DNA of 64,000 nucleotides from an uncultured delta proteobacterium (GCA_963850305.1 CAWKKR010000007.1:224001-288000); one strand, 5' to 3'; shown: positions 1 through 11,386, numbered from the stretch's first letter. Notes: a model not told the origin generated them from the sequence alone. A program made the numbers and translations.

Positions 1-2344
1 GCTCCCGATCGGACGTCGCGGTGCGCGTGCCCGCGTCCGGAGTCAGTTGCTCCTGCAGGCTCCCGGTTTCTCCCGTCAGCGTCCGCTCCGCCATCTGTAA
101 CCCGCCGCGGGGTAAGCCATCGACGACGTCGGCGCATTCGTCTGGCCACGTCACGAACCGATTTTCGTCACGATCGTCCCAGCCGTTCAGCACGAGCTTG
201 TTCAAGCGACCGACGCGCTCTTCGAGGATCGGTTCCAGCGCTTCGCCGCCCGGTCGCGACGCGACGATTTCATACATGTCGCGAAGACAGCTCTGCAGCA
301 GGGCAAACCGGAGCGGCGTATATTCGACGGTGCTCACGGGTGCCGGCGTCGCGCCGTAGATGCGCGCCTCGGCGTCGTAAAAGACGGACTCTAGCCGGTC
401 GAAGACGGCAATCGCGCGATCGTGGTACCGCTCGTCCCCTGTGGCGAAATACGCGGCGAAGAGCCCGCGCACCGCGGCCGTGTGCGAGTCGAGCAAATCC
501 TGGGCGTCGATCGGTGCGCCCTTCGAGACGTCCCAGCCGTCGAGGGCGTGGCCGTCTGCTCCCGTGAGATGATTCAGCAGCAGGTCGGCCTCGCTCCGGA
601 TGATCGCGGAAAGACGGGCCGTCAGCGCGGAAGCCCCGCCGTCCGCTCCACCGGCGCGGTGAATTGAAAACGCGTCGAGCGGGGTCGACTCGATCGCCGT
701 GTCGGGAGTGTTGTTCGAATAGAGTTCGAGCTGCGAGCTCACGGAACGCAGCACCGTGCGGAGGCCGAGCAGCGCATAAGCCACGTCGATCGTCGAGGCT
801 GTGGTGCCGCGCGTGGCCGTCGTCCCCGACATCGTGACGGTGTCCACGAGATAGCCCGAAGCCGGGTCCGTGTGCAGTCGGTCCGCGTTGACCAGGGCGA
901 CCCGCATCATCGCGAGCGCGCGATCGTGGAGCGTCGGATCACCGTTGCCCTTCTGATCGTCGGCGGGAAACGGGTCGCCGTCGAAGTAAGCCATCGCAGG
1001 CTGTGAGCCGCCGACATCCGTGTTGTTCGTGTCGGTGAGTGCATAGAACTCGGCGTAGCCGAGGGCGAGCCCGATCGCGTCGAGCAGGTCGCTGTTCGGC
1101 GACGCGAGCGCGTACGAGGGCTGCGGGAAATGCCGTCGTGCCGGTTTCCGTCACTGCGATCGCGCCCGGGAACCAGCGGAGCGGCGACGTGTAGTCGTAC
1201 GCGAGCGCATCGGCGATCGAGGCAAAGCCGGACAGCGTCGCGCCGTCCGTCGTCGTGAGTCGGGTGAGCCAGTCCTGCGCGCGGTCGTCGACTTCTTCGA
1301 TGAACATCTGGGCCTGAAAACCCTCGATGTCGCTCGAACCGAGAAAGGTGCCCGCCTGCGTGGGGTTGCCGGAGTCATCCGCTCCGACGATCTGGTTATT
1401 CACCGAGCCGACGCTCGAGAGCGAGGAGGGGGGCACGCTGCTCACCGGATTTTCCTGCGAGTCGTGCATCGTCTGGAGGTAGTTCAGAACCCAGAGCCCG
1501 TACTTCCACGCGCTGAACCCGTCGGCGCCGGGGGAAACGACGAACTCGCTTTGCGACGTTCGGTCCCGCAGGTGAAGCGACGTCGCGTCGCACTCGTAAT
1601 CGGCGCAACCGAGTGAGCCCGACGCGCCCGGGTCGTCGTCCGAGCTTATTGCGCACCCTGAATCGATTGCGCTCGTAGGATCGATGGACGGATCGAAGCT
1701 GCGGAAGACGTGGGCCGTCGGCCAGAGGCCAGGCCACCCGAGCGGGTTATTCGCCGGGAGGCCCTTGCCGAGAGGGTTCGTGTCCCCCGCGCGTGGATTG
1801 TTGGCGGGAAACGTTCCCGCCGGGAAGACGAAGCGCCCGAGCCCGTTGCTTCCGGCGGCGAAGTGCTGAACGAGCGCCGCGAGCAGCCCCGTTGCCGCCG
1901 TTCCCGTCGCACCCGCGGGATTCGACGAGCGGGCCGTACGCGAGGGACGTCCCGGAGCCCGGCTTCGAGCGCCACGTTGTTCATCGGCTGCTTCGAGTAC
2001 TCGTACGACTCCACTGCCGTGGAAAAGCCGGGCAGATCGATCCAGGGGCCGTTCGCCAGCGGCGAGGTGTCGAAGTAGAGATCCGGGGGCAGATGGTCAC
2101 GGCTGTAATTGGTCAGGTCGCGGCCCATCGCTTCGGCGAAGGGCTCGCCGGAGACTTGCATTTCCCCGGCGGCGATGAAGTGCTCACGCGTCACGAAGCG
2201 CGTGCTTCCGACCGTCGCGGTGATGGTCTTGGTCTGCCGCGTCACACCCCCATCGATCGATGGCAGCCCGGCGGGACTGGTGCGGTGCTGCGATCCGCAG
2301 CTGACGGTCAGCACCACCCCAAGCAAACTCAGTCCGCGCTTCAC
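1..2344 (-). CDS. Large hypothetical lipoprotein with C-terminal (alpha/alpha)6-barrel-like helices; 3' partial; three +1 frameshifts (~1960, ~1921, ~1128), probably sequencing errors
   Basis: GTG start, signal peptide and lipobox MKRGLSLLGVVLTVSC. Removing one base at each site joins ORFs 1646-2344 and 939-1469 and a frame that runs towards base 1, containing AAVRGLFAAYFATGDERY (six-hairpin-like motif). Confidence 0.75.
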
Positions 2345-2358
2345 TCCGAGACGATATA

Positions 2359-2463
2359 ATGAAACTGATTATCACTTTCAAGAAAAAGAGCAACGAAGGA
2401 CCCTGTTGGAGCCAAAATAATGGTAATCCGTCTCACCGGACTGAAAGTGAAAGTTATTTTCAT
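2359..2463. promoter_or_regulatory. Three Fur-box-like sites in an AT-rich divergent promoter
   Basis: TGAAACTgATTATCA (2360-2374, 12/14 to TGATAATnATTATCA), TGGTAATcCGTCTCA (2421-2435, 10/14), TGAAAGTtATTTTCA (2448-2462, 11/14). 2359-2380 and 2442-2463 are 18/22 inverted repeats. Confidence 0.7.
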
Positions 2464-2977
2464 GATAAGCCTGGTGGTTTCCGCCTTCCAGGTGGCCTGC
2501 GGCACGCCGACCGCAAATCCTGGCAGCGGCGAACCGCAATTCGTCGCTCTGGCCTCTGACTTCAAGGGCTACCACTCGTGGAAGAGCTTCGACGTCACGA
2601 CTGACGCGCCGCAGGCCGGCATCCACGACGGGAGTACGGTGACCGAGTACGTCAAGGCGCTTCCGCCGTCCGGCTCGACGTCATTTCCCGTCGGCACCAT
2701 CATCGTGAAGGAAGCGACGGGGGGAACGATCCCTCACGAGCTCTTTGCGATGGTGAAACGCGGCGGGGGATTCAACGCAGGCGCGCCGGGCTGGGAGTGG
2801 TTCGATCTTCAAAATCTCAACGACGGCGCGGACGACGTCGGAATCGTCTGGCACGGGCTCGCGCCCCCGCCTGGAGACACCTATTCCGGCAGCGCCTCGG
2901 CAGGCTGCAACACCTGCCACGCCGCCTGCGGCAACGACGCCGTTTGCGCAAAGGCGATGCAATTGGCGAACTTTTAA
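2462..2977 (+). CDS. Cytochrome P460 / c'-beta family monoheme lipoprotein
   Basis: FPVGTIIVKE, AMVKRG-x-GWEWF and C-terminal CNTCH; lipobox-like FQVAC. Start could be 2420. Confidence 0.75.
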   Translation: MISLVVSAFQVACGTPTANPGSGEPQFVALASDFKGYHSWKSFDVTTDAPQAGIHDGSTVTEYVKALPPSGSTSFPVGTIIVKEATGGTIPHELFAMVKRGGGFNAGAPGWEWFDLQNLNDGADDVGIVWHGLAPPPGDTYSGSASAGCNTCHAACGNDAVCAKAMQLANF

Positions 2978-2990
2978 CCGGCGTTCACGT

Positions 2991-3140
2991 CTATTCCGCG
3001 ACCTGCACGTTCGCCGTGAACCGGTCGTAAAGATAGAACGTCAGGCTCAACAAACCGACGACTGCGACGACGATCACGGCGACCAGCCATTTGAGGTGGT
3101 GCCGGATCCGCGAGACGTCGGGACGTTCAGGAACGCTCAC
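2991..3140 (-). CDS. Small 49-aa single-pass membrane protein (below ORF-track cutoff)
   Basis: GTG..TAG: MSVPERPDVSRIRHHLKWLVAVIVVAVVGLLSLTFYLYDRFTANVQVAE; basic residues then a ~20-aa hydrophobic helix; GC-rich third positions. Confidence 0.6.
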   Translation of the reverse strand: MSVPERPDVSRIRHHLKWLVAVIVVAVVGLLSLTFYLYDRFTANVQVAE

Positions 3141-3201
3141 GGCGCAGTATGTAGCACTCGACCCGGCGTCAGGGGCCCGCGTTGAGAAAGTCGCAGTGCG
3201 T

Positions 3202-3216
3202 TGGTAACGCGGTTGC
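3202..3216 (+). promoter_or_regulatory. Possible sigma54 -24/-12 promoter
   Basis: TGGTAACGCGGTTGC has GG-N10-GC spacing but a weak -24 match. Confidence 0.3.
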
Positions 3217-3366
3217 GGTGCCCAAGCTTACTCTGATGACTTCGTATTCTTGAATGCGGGGCGTAAGCGCGATGCCCGGAGCGTTATGAAGTGACAGGAA
3301 GCGTGCGGGGTGGCAATATTTCTGCCGGAACGGCGGTCTCCGCGGCGTGCGGGGAGATGTGTGATC

Positions 3367-5487
3367 ATGAAACGTGAACAATTCTTACGTGTCGGCCTGG
3401 GTACGGTATTAATTTTTGGTCTTGCCGGCAGCGCGCTCGTCGGCGCGTGCTCTGCGGGCGGAGGCAGCAAGAGTCTCGGGTCCTCCGGCGGAGGCCAGGG
3501 CAACCCGAACGGGGGCGTCGGTAACTACGGCGGAGGGTTCGTCGGCGAAGGAGGCCAATTCATCCCCACGCTGGGGAACGGTGGCCAGGGTGGCGCCGTC
3601 GGCGTGTTCACCGACGGCGGCTATCTCATCGCGAGCGACGGAGGCGTCAGTGACGCGCACGTCGGTCCCTCGACGGTCAATAACTGCGCAAACACGGCGC
3701 CCTTCCAGAATCCATCTGCCGGAAACCGCGTCGTCTATCCGTATGACGGCACCGTCTTTCCGCGCGGCCTCGCTGGTCCGCTCCTCATGTGGGACCAGCA
3801 AGCGACGCAGATCCTCATCCAGGCGAAGTCGCAGCTGTACACGTACACCGATTGCCCTCAGACACCTGACGGCGTTCGATACCAGCTCCCGGCCAACATG
3901 TGGGCCGGCGCTGCATCCTGGAGCAACGGCACCGGCGACCCGCTTCAGATCCAGCTGACCGTGCTCTCGGGCGGCAAGGCGACGGGCCCCGTCACGTTCA
4001 GCGTCAAGTTCGCGCTCACGACGTTGAAGGGCGCCATCTACTACAACACGTACGGCTCGCCCCAGGCCGGCAACGGCAACGGCGCCGTGATGCGGCTAAT
4101 TCCCGGCGACACCGCGCCCACGGTGTTCCTGACCGACAACGGCGTTGCCCCGCTCGGCCCGTGTCGGTCCTGTCACGGTCTTTCCGCCAACGGCACGACC
4201 ATGACGGTGAACCACCACGCCTACGGCTTCCCGAGCACGTACTCGAGCGAATCGTACGACGTCAGCACCGGGACGCCGAATCTGCTCCAGAGCAACATTC
4301 CGGAAGCGGGCTTCGCGGGCATCTTCCCCGACGGCTCGCGGCTCATGACGAATGGTCCGCCGAATCCATCTCTGAGCGCGATCTTTCCGACGTCCCCCGG
4401 GGACGTCACGGCGCTCGTGCAATCGACGTCGAAGATGCTCGACGTCCGAACGGGACAACCCATCACGACCACCGGCTGGAACGTGACGCACGCGCAGATG
4501 CCGATGTTCTCTCCCGACGGGCTCCACATCGTCTACAACGACGAGGACAAGGGCCCGACGACGAACATCACGAATCCGGGGACGCTGACCGTCGGCGGCC
4601 ACACCCTCTGGGTGCAGGACTTCGACCCGAACACGAACACCTTCTCGAATCCGCGGCAGATCTTCAGCGATCCCACGTGGTACGCGGCGTGGCCATTCTT
4701 CACGCCGGACTCCACCCAGGTGGTGTTCGCGGTGGACTCGCGGCCTGATTTCTCGAGCCAGGTTCCGGACGCTCTCGGCGGGAATGCGCTCACGGGCATA
4801 TGGCCCACGGTTGCCCAGTGCATCACGACGCCGGATCCGCAGACCTGCGTCGGCAATGGCCACCTCATGCTAGTGGATCTCGCGAGCGGCAAGGTCACCC
4901 CGCTCAACGCCGCGAACGGCTACAAGTCGGATGGGACGACGAGTTACTTGCCCGCGGGCAAGGGTCGCGACAACGAATACGAGTTCTTCCCGACCGTGAG
5001 TCCCTTCTCGGGTGGTGGGTTTGCGTGGGTGTTCTTCTCGAGCCGCCGCACCTACGGCAACGACGTGATGGATCCCAGTGCCACGAACCCCGGGGACCCC
5101 GGGATGCCGACGGCCAAGAAAATCTGGGTGACTGCGGTCCAGATGGGCGCTCCAGCTGGCACCGACCCGAGCTTTCCGGCGTTCCTCTTGCCGGGACAGG
5201 AACTGGCGAGCGGCAATATCCGAGCGTTCGCGGCCCTCGCGCCTTGCAAGGAAGACGGCTCTTCGTGCCAGTCGGGCTTCGACTGCTGCAAGGGCTACTG
5301 CTCCAACATCAAGAACGGCACCGGCATCTGCGGAAAAGTGGAGACGCAGACCTGCTCCCTCGTGGACGAGAGATGCAACACGACCGCCGACTGCTGCACG
5401 GGTCCCAACAACGGAGACAACGGCCGAAACCTCTATTGCATCCTCACCGCTGGCACCGGTTATTGCGAGGAGAAGGGCATCAACTAG
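3367..5487 (+). CDS. Myxobacterial lipoprotein with TolB/PD40-like beta-propeller and Cys-rich C-terminus
   Basis: Lipobox LVGAC, Gly-rich linker, PMFSPDG / WPFFTPDS / FPTVSP repeats, CRSCH, two C-x6-C-x4-DCC modules. Confidence 0.8.
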   Translation: MKREQFLRVGLGTVLIFGLAGSALVGACSAGGGSKSLGSSGGGQGNPNGGVGNYGGGFVGEGGQFIPTLGNGGQGGAVGVFTDGGYLIASDGGVSDAHVGPSTVNNCANTAPFQNPSAGNRVVYPYDGTVFPRGLAGPLLMWDQQATQILIQAKSQLYTYTDCPQTPDGVRYQLPANMWAGAASWSNGTGDPLQIQLTVLSGGKATGPVTFSVKFALTTLKGAIYYNTYGSPQAGNGNGAVMRLIPGDTAPTVFLTDNGVAPLGPCRSCHGLSANGTTMTVNHHAYGFPSTYSSESYDVSTGTPNLLQSNIPEAGFAGIFPDGSRLMTNGPPNPSLSAIFPTSPGDVTALVQSTSKMLDVRTGQPITTTGWNVTHAQMPMFSPDGLHIVYNDEDKGPTTNITNPGTLTVGGHTLWVQDFDPNTNTFSNPRQIFSDPTWYAAWPFFTPDSTQVVFAVDSRPDFSSQVPDALGGNALTGIWPTVAQCITTPDPQTCVGNGHLMLVDLASGKVTPLNAANGYKSDGTTSYLPAGKGRDNEYEFFPTVSPFSGGGFAWVFFSSRRTYGNDVMDPSATNPGDPGMPTAKKIWVTAVQMGAPAGTDPSFPAFLLPGQELASGNIRAFAALAPCKEDGSSCQSGFDCCKGYCSNIKNGTGICGKVETQTCSLVDERCNTTADCCTGPNNGDNGRNLYCILTAGTGYCEEKGIN

Positions 5488-5541
5488 TTCGGATGGCGAC
5501 GCGCGCCGCCCGCGGACTTCGCCGTCCGCGATGCGGCGCGG

Positions 5542-5910
5542 TCAGCGCCCCGACGTGATGCGGCAGTGCGCGCGCAGCGCCACTTCCGCGTCATGATCCA
5601 GCGACTCGAATCGAAGCACGACGTGACGCGCATCTGCGCGGAGCACTCGAGCCTTCGTTTCGATGCTAACCCGGCTCGGAAGCTCGAAGTAGATCTCCAC
5701 CACCTTGCCGATGGGTAGCGGTGCGCGACCCTCGCATTCGAGCGCAACCCCGCCGACGGACACATTCTCGCACCGCACTCGTCGCCACGCATCGAAGGTG
5801 TCGAGCAGCACCGGCACTTCCAGTGCGACACGGTCGTGCACACGACGGTCCGAGACGCTGGGCCCATCCGTTGACGCGCGACGGCGAGAAATGGTGTGCG
5901 TGGTCGTCAT
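5542..5910 (-). CDS. PilZ domain protein (c-di-GMP binding)
   Basis: RRVHDR (RxxxR) and NVSVGG (D/NxSxxG) motifs. Confidence 0.85.
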   Translation of the reverse strand: MTTTHTISRRRASTDGPSVSDRRVHDRVALEVPVLLDTFDAWRRVRCENVSVGGVALECEGRAPLPIGKVVEIYFELPSRVSIETKARVLRADARHVVLRFESLDHDAEVALRAHCRITSGR

Positions 5911-5923
5911 GACCCGCAGAAGT

Positions 5924-5939
5924 TGCACGCAGCGTACCA
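5924..5939 (-). promoter_or_regulatory. Sigma54 -24/-12 promoter upstream of the PilZ gene
   Basis: Minus strand TGGTACG-CTGC-GTGCA, ending 14 nt before the ATG at 5910. Confidence 0.55.
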
Positions 5940-6053
5940 GTCGGCTCGCGTCGACGCGGTCCCGCGTACTTACGCCGGCATCAGTGTGTTCGTGTCCGGT
6001 GCGACTGGAAGCGATCTACGCAAATTGGTCAGAGTTGCGTAACTCTGCGTCGG

Positions 6054-7184
6054 TCAGCGCTCGCGAAGGATGCGTAACATCCGGCGAAGCGGTTCGGCCG
6101 CTCCCCAGAGCAGCTGATCCCCGACGCTGAACGCCGTCACGTACTCCGGGCCGAGCCGCATCTTTCGCAAACGCCCGATCGCGACCTCGAGCGTCCCCGA
6201 CACCGCCGTCGGCGTCAGTTTCGCGAGCGACGCCTCGGGCGTGTTTTCGATGACCCGCACCCACGGGTTCGACTTTGCGACAATCTCCGTCACCTCGTCG
6301 ATCGGGATCGCGCGCTTGAGCTTGATCGTGAATGCCTGCGAATGGCATCGCATCGCGCCGACGCGCACGCACTGTCCGTCCACCGGTACGTGCGGCGAGA
6401 GTCCGAGAATCTTGTTCGTCTCGACGAATCCCTTCCACTCCTCGCGGCTCTGTCCGAACTCCACGGGCTTGTCGATCCACGGCAAGAGGCTCCCCGCGAG
6501 CGGATGCTTGAAGTATTGCAACGGCAAGCTGCCGTCGCGCTGCGCGCGCGTCACGGCGCGATCGATGTCGAGCGCCGTGGACGCCGGATCGGCGAGAAGC
6601 GGTGCAGCGGCCGCACCGAGCGCCGCCATTTGCTGAACGAGCTCGCGCATGTGGTTCGCGCCCGCGCCCGACGCCGCCTGGTACGTCATGCTCGACAGCC
6701 ACTCCACATGACCCTGCTCGAAGAGCCCCGCCAGCGCCATCAGCATCAAGCTCACCGTGCAGTTTGCGCCGGCGTACGTCTTGACGCCGCGCGAAAGGCC
6801 GTCCTCGATCACGTTCCGGTTGACGGGGTCGAGGATCAAAACGGTCTCGTCCGACATCCGGAGAGTCGATGCCGCGTCGATGAAATATCCGCTCCAGCCG
6901 CGCGCACGTAGCTTCGGATAAATCTCCGTCGTGTAGTCGCCGCCCTGGCAGCTCACGAGCACGTCGAGCTTCTCGAGCTGATCGAGGGCATGCGCGTCCT
7001 TCAGCGGGCTCGGTCCCTGGCCGACCTCCGGACCCGAGGCGCCCGCGTTCGACGTCGAAAAAAAGGTGCTCTCGATACCGTCGAAGTCGCGCTCCTCGCG
7101 CATGCGCTCCAGCAAAACCGAGCCCACCATTCCTCGCCAACCGATGAATCCGACGCGCAACATGACGTTTCTCTGCCCGGACAT
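6054..7184 (-). CDS. asd: Aspartate-semialdehyde dehydrogenase (E. coli-like type)
   Basis: [47 protein letters not shown]. Alternative start 7163. Confidence 0.97.
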   Translation of the reverse strand: MSGQRNVMLRVGFIGWRGMVGSVLLERMREERDFDGIESTFFSTSNAGASGPEVGQGPSPLKDAHALDQLEKLDVLVSCQGGDYTTEIYPKLRARGWSGYFIDAASTLRMSDETVLILDPVNRNVIEDGLSRGVKTYAGANCTVSLMLMALAGLFEQGHVEWLSSMTYQAASGAGANHMRELVQQMAALGAAAAPLLADPASTALDIDRAVTRAQRDGSLPLQYFKHPLAGSLLPWIDKPVEFGQSREEWKGFVETNKILGLSPHVPVDGQCVRVGAMRCHSQAFTIKLKRAIPIDEVTEIVAKSNPWVRVIENTPEASLAKLTPTAVSGTLEVAIGRLRKMRLGPEYVTAFSVGDQLLWGAAEPLRRMLRILRER

Positions 7185-7336
7185 TTCGCACGCGCATCAT
7201 GAACGCGCAAGGGATCGCGATGAGTTGCCCACCCCCGCGCGGGCAAGAGCCCGCGCGCCCCTCCCCGACGTCGTCCTCGGCGAAGCGCCTGCGGGCGCCG
7301 TGGGAGGGGAAGGCATCGGAGTCCGGCGCGGCGAAG

Positions 7337-10300
7337 CTACTCGTCGAGGTCCTCGACGCCGAAACCCGGTGCGAGCTGTTCGTGCGAAAGCCCATCGAGG
7401 AACGTGCGCAGGTTCTCGGGCCGCGGGGGCATCACGACGGACCAGAGCCGGACGGTTGCGTCGCCGCTTGCGGACGCGATCGTCTTCCCATCGGGGCTCA
7501 CCGCAATACCGAAGACCGGCGCCGCGTGGCCCTCGAGGACTCGCCGCTCGAGCGTGTCCAGATCCCGAATCTGCACCGTGCCATCGCCGCTGCCCGTGAC
7601 GAGTCCGCGGCCGTCCGGCAAGAACGCAAGGTCATGCACGACCGCGGAATGCCCGCGCAGCTCCACGCAAGTCGCGGCCTCGACGCGGCAGACCCAGAGC
7701 TTCGGCGCGTCGCCCGCGACGGCGAGGAGCTTGCCGTCCGGCGAGAACTTGAGCAGTCGCGCGCCCGTGAGGGGCGACAGGTTCTCTCGACTGTCGGTTT
7801 CAGGGTCCCAGATGATGACCGAATCGTCCAGACTCGCGGACGCGACACAGCTTCCGTCGGGCGAGAACGCGAGCCCCCAGACTTCGTCCGAGTGTCCGTA
7901 GAAGACACGGAGCGGCGCGCCCGTGTGTCCGTCCCACAAACGCACCGTGTGATCGCGGCTGGCCGTTGCCAGCGTCGAGCCGCTCCGGTCGAACGCAACG
8001 GCGGTGACGTCGTGATCGTGCTCGAGAACCGCGGGCGGCGAGCCGTCGAACGCCCACAACCGTGCCGTGTGATCCTTCGAGCCCGACGCGAGGCGCGAGC
8101 CGTCGGGCGAGAACGCGAGCTCCTCGACGTCGCCGCGGTGCCCGGAGAGAACCTGCACGCCGTCGCCGTCGACGGACCACACTCGCACCGTGCGGTCGTC
8201 GCTCGACGAAGCCAGTCTCCGTCCATCCGGCGAAAAGACGACGCGATACACGTGATCCGTGTGTCCAGCGAGCAAGCGAGACTCGCCCGTCTTCACGTTC
8301 CACAGGCGGACCGCGTCGTCGTGGCCCGCGGACGCCAGAAGTTTGCCGTCCGGAGAAAATGCCACGGCATGCACGCCGATCGTGTGCCCGGAGAGCACCC
8401 GGCGTTCCGTCGTCGGATGCGTGCTCCACAGCCGCGCGGTCTTGTCCCACGATGCGCTCGCCAGATGCGACCCGTCCGGCGAGAACGCAAGGGCGACGAC
8501 CACATCCCCATGGCCGCGGAAAACGGCGTTGTCGTCGGTCTTCAGAATCGCGCACGCGGACGACCTTGTCCCAGCCGCTCGACGCGAGATAACGGCCGTC
8601 GTTCGAGAACGACAGCGCGGCAACACGTTCGGCGTGTTCGCTCACGACACGCGACGACTGGTCCGCCAGGTTCCACAGGCGCACGCGCCCGCTCATTCCG
8701 GCGGCGGCGAGCTGCGTCCCGTCGGGCGAGAAGGCGATGGCCTGGACGGCCCCGTCGGCGGCGTCGAGCACCGTCGGGGTGCGGCCGTCGATGGGCCAGA
8801 GCCGAACCGAACCGTCGTCGGCACCGGAGGCGATCGCCTTTCCGTCGGGTGAAAACAGAGCGCTCTCCACCGACACGCGGTGCCCGCCGAAAATGCGTTC
8901 GGGTCCCGACGGCAATCGCAACAAGTGAATCGTCCCTGCGTGACTCCCGAAGAGGAGAGATGCCCCGTCCGGCGAGAACGAGCAGAACACGTCGCGATCC
9001 GCCGATGCATCGCGGTGTTCGGATGCGCCGGTCGACGGATCCCAGATCCGCACTTCGCCGTCGCTCGAGACCGAGCAGAGTTTGCGGCCGTCCCTGGAGA
9101 ACGCCATCGTCTTTACTGGGGCCTGATGTCCGAGCAGCGTGCCCACCGGGGTTCCATCGAGCCGATTCAACCGGATCGAGCGGTCGTAGCTCGCCGACGC
9201 GAGCAACGTCCCGTCGGGTGAGAACAGGACCTTCGTGATGCGGTCCGTGTGTCCGCCCAGGTCCCTCGCCGCGCCCGTCGCGACGTTCCAAAGAACGACG
9301 CGCTTATCGTCTCCGCCCGTTGCGAGAAAATGTCCATCGGGCGAGTAAGCGATGGTCGTCACCTGCCCCTGATGACCGCGAAAGATCTGCTCTGCGACGC
9401 CCCGTTCTTCCGCCCAGGCTGCGATCGTGGCGGCGCCCGGCGGCGTGGAGCGGGGGCGCTTGAGCCAGGCGATGCTCAGGGTCGGATCGCGATCGAGCAG
9501 CGCGCGCGCCTTCTCGACCAGGAGTTCGTCCACGCGATGCTCGGCATCGCTGCGCGCGCTGGCTTCGGCGACCGAGCTTCGCTGGGCCAGATCGCGCTCG
9601 TGGGCGATGCGGGCGACGCTCATGGACCCGGAAATCGCGAGTGCAAGGAGCGCGGCCAGGGCGGTCAGTACGACCGGTCGCTGCCGTTCGAAGAAGCGTC
9701 GGAGCAGCTCCCACAGTCCATAGTGGTACGCGCCGACGAGCCCGCCCGTGGTGAAGCGTCGGAGCTCCTCCGCCATTTCGCGAGCGGTCGGGTACCGTTC
9801 AGTCTGGCGCCGAGCCATCGCCTTTTGCGCGATCGCGACCAGGTCGCGCGGCGCCTCGGGGCAGAGCGTCAGGAGAGGGGCGGGAGGTTCGATGCGAACG
9901 CGCGCGAGAATTTCTTCATTCGAGTACTCCGAGTACGGGGCCCTGCCGCCGACGAGGTGATACACCATCGCGCCAAGCGCGTAGACGTCCGCGCGCCGGT
10001 CGACGCGTTCCCCCTGCGCTTGCTCGGGGGGCATGTAGGCCGGAGTTCCGACGACGATGCCCGCAGACGTCACGTACGCGGACGTTTGCTCGTACTCGTC
10101 CGCAGCTGGCATCGGTTCGTCCTCATCGACGTGTTTTGCGAGGCCCCAGTCGATGACGACCGTCTCGCCGAAGGGACCGACAAGGACGTTGGACGGTTTC
10201 AGATCGCGATGCAGGATGCCGACGCTGTGCGCGTAGGCCATCGCCTCGGCCACGTCCACGAGAACTGGAAGGAGGGCGAGACGGTGCTGCAGATCAGGCG

Positions 10301-10745
10301 TCTCCACGAGCGCTCGCGCGAGTGTGTGACCCTCGACGAGCTTCAGCGCGTAGAATGCCTGGCCATTGGGCCATCGTCCCGCGTCGTACAGGGGCACGAT
10401 GTTCGGGTGGGTGAGCTGCGCGGTGATGCGGATCTCGCGCCGGAAGCGAGTGGTCGCGGCGGGTCCGTCGCCCCGGAGCTCCTTCAGCGCCACGAAACGA
10501 TCGAACCGGACGTCGCGCGCGCGCAGAATGCGGCCGATTCCGCCCCGCGCGATCTCTTCCCCGATCTCGTAGCGCTCCGGTGAGACCACCCCATCGTCGA
10601 ACGGCGGCGTGCCGTTCCGAACTCGGTCCGTTAGGGCAGCCCCTGGACCTGCCGCGCCGGAGTCCTCGGCCACGGTCGCGGATCCAGCCGAAGATCCAGT
10701 CGAAGCGGGCCCGTGCGGTCGGGCCTTACGATCGGCGCCGTCCAT
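7337..10745 (-). CDS. Ser/Thr protein kinase with TM segment and many WD40 repeats; one +1 frameshift at ~8546
   Basis: [22 protein letters not shown]; repeated GH...AFSPDG...W. Removing one base fuses ORFs 7800-10745 and 7337-8626 ([16 protein letters not shown]). Confidence 0.92.
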
Positions 10746-10911
10746 CGATGGACAGCGTTATTACTCGACTTGGCGATTCCTCGAGGCTCTAGTTTCTCGA
10801 CGGGACGGTTTCCAGCGGCGCTTCATTCGCTCCGGGCCACGGCGCAGTGCGCAGTGCGCTGAGTTTGCTGTAATTCGCGCCGTCCTTTGAGATGCGGCCG
10901 AGACGCGGTAT

Positions 10912-11307
10912 GTGTTGAACGTGGCGGACAATGGGAACGTTCCGCGGCGCGGCGGAGTGGAGTCATCTTATCGACCCGACGAGACCCCGATCTCATCGTC
11001 GGCCGTTGTCATTCGCCGTTCTTCTGCCAAGGACGCCCAGGGTCGCCGCCACCGGGTCGCCGACGGCGAACACTCGTACGCCCTCACGCCGTATCAGGCG
11101 CGTCTGGACGTCGCCATGGACGACACGGCCGTCAGCAAGGTCCGCGATCCATCGGTGTCGATTCGACTCGGTGCGGAGGAGTTACGGCGCTCCGCGCGGA
11201 AGTCCGTGCCGAGCATGGACGCCATCGCGCCCGTGGCGCTGGGGACGCTCATCGGCGCGGTTCTGGTCATGCTCGCGGTGTTCGCCGTTCGCGCGCTCGG
11301 GCATTGA
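10912..11307 (+). CDS. Hypothetical protein with C-terminal transmembrane helix
   Basis: Hydrophilic N-terminus then IAPVALGTLIGAVLVMLAVFAV; fills the intergenic gap. Confidence 0.55.
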   Translation: MLNVADNGNVPRRGGVESSYRPDETPISSSAVVIRRSSAKDAQGRRHRVADGEHSYALTPYQARLDVAMDDTAVSKVRDPSVSIRLGAEELRRSARKSVPSMDAIAPVALGTLIGAVLVMLAVFAVRALGH

Positions 11308-11386
11308 TCGGAGGGGGGGGCGACCTGGACCCGTCGCTCGGCTGGGGCGATGACCGAGACAATCGCACCGGAGATCGGCGCCGAGG

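Noticed and set aside
7199..9238. Long antisense or alternate-frame ORFs (e.g. 7199-9238, 18723-20444, 32459-34183, 42907-44670)
   Set aside because: Arg/Pro-rich shadows of real genes, expected in high-GC DNA; no motifs.
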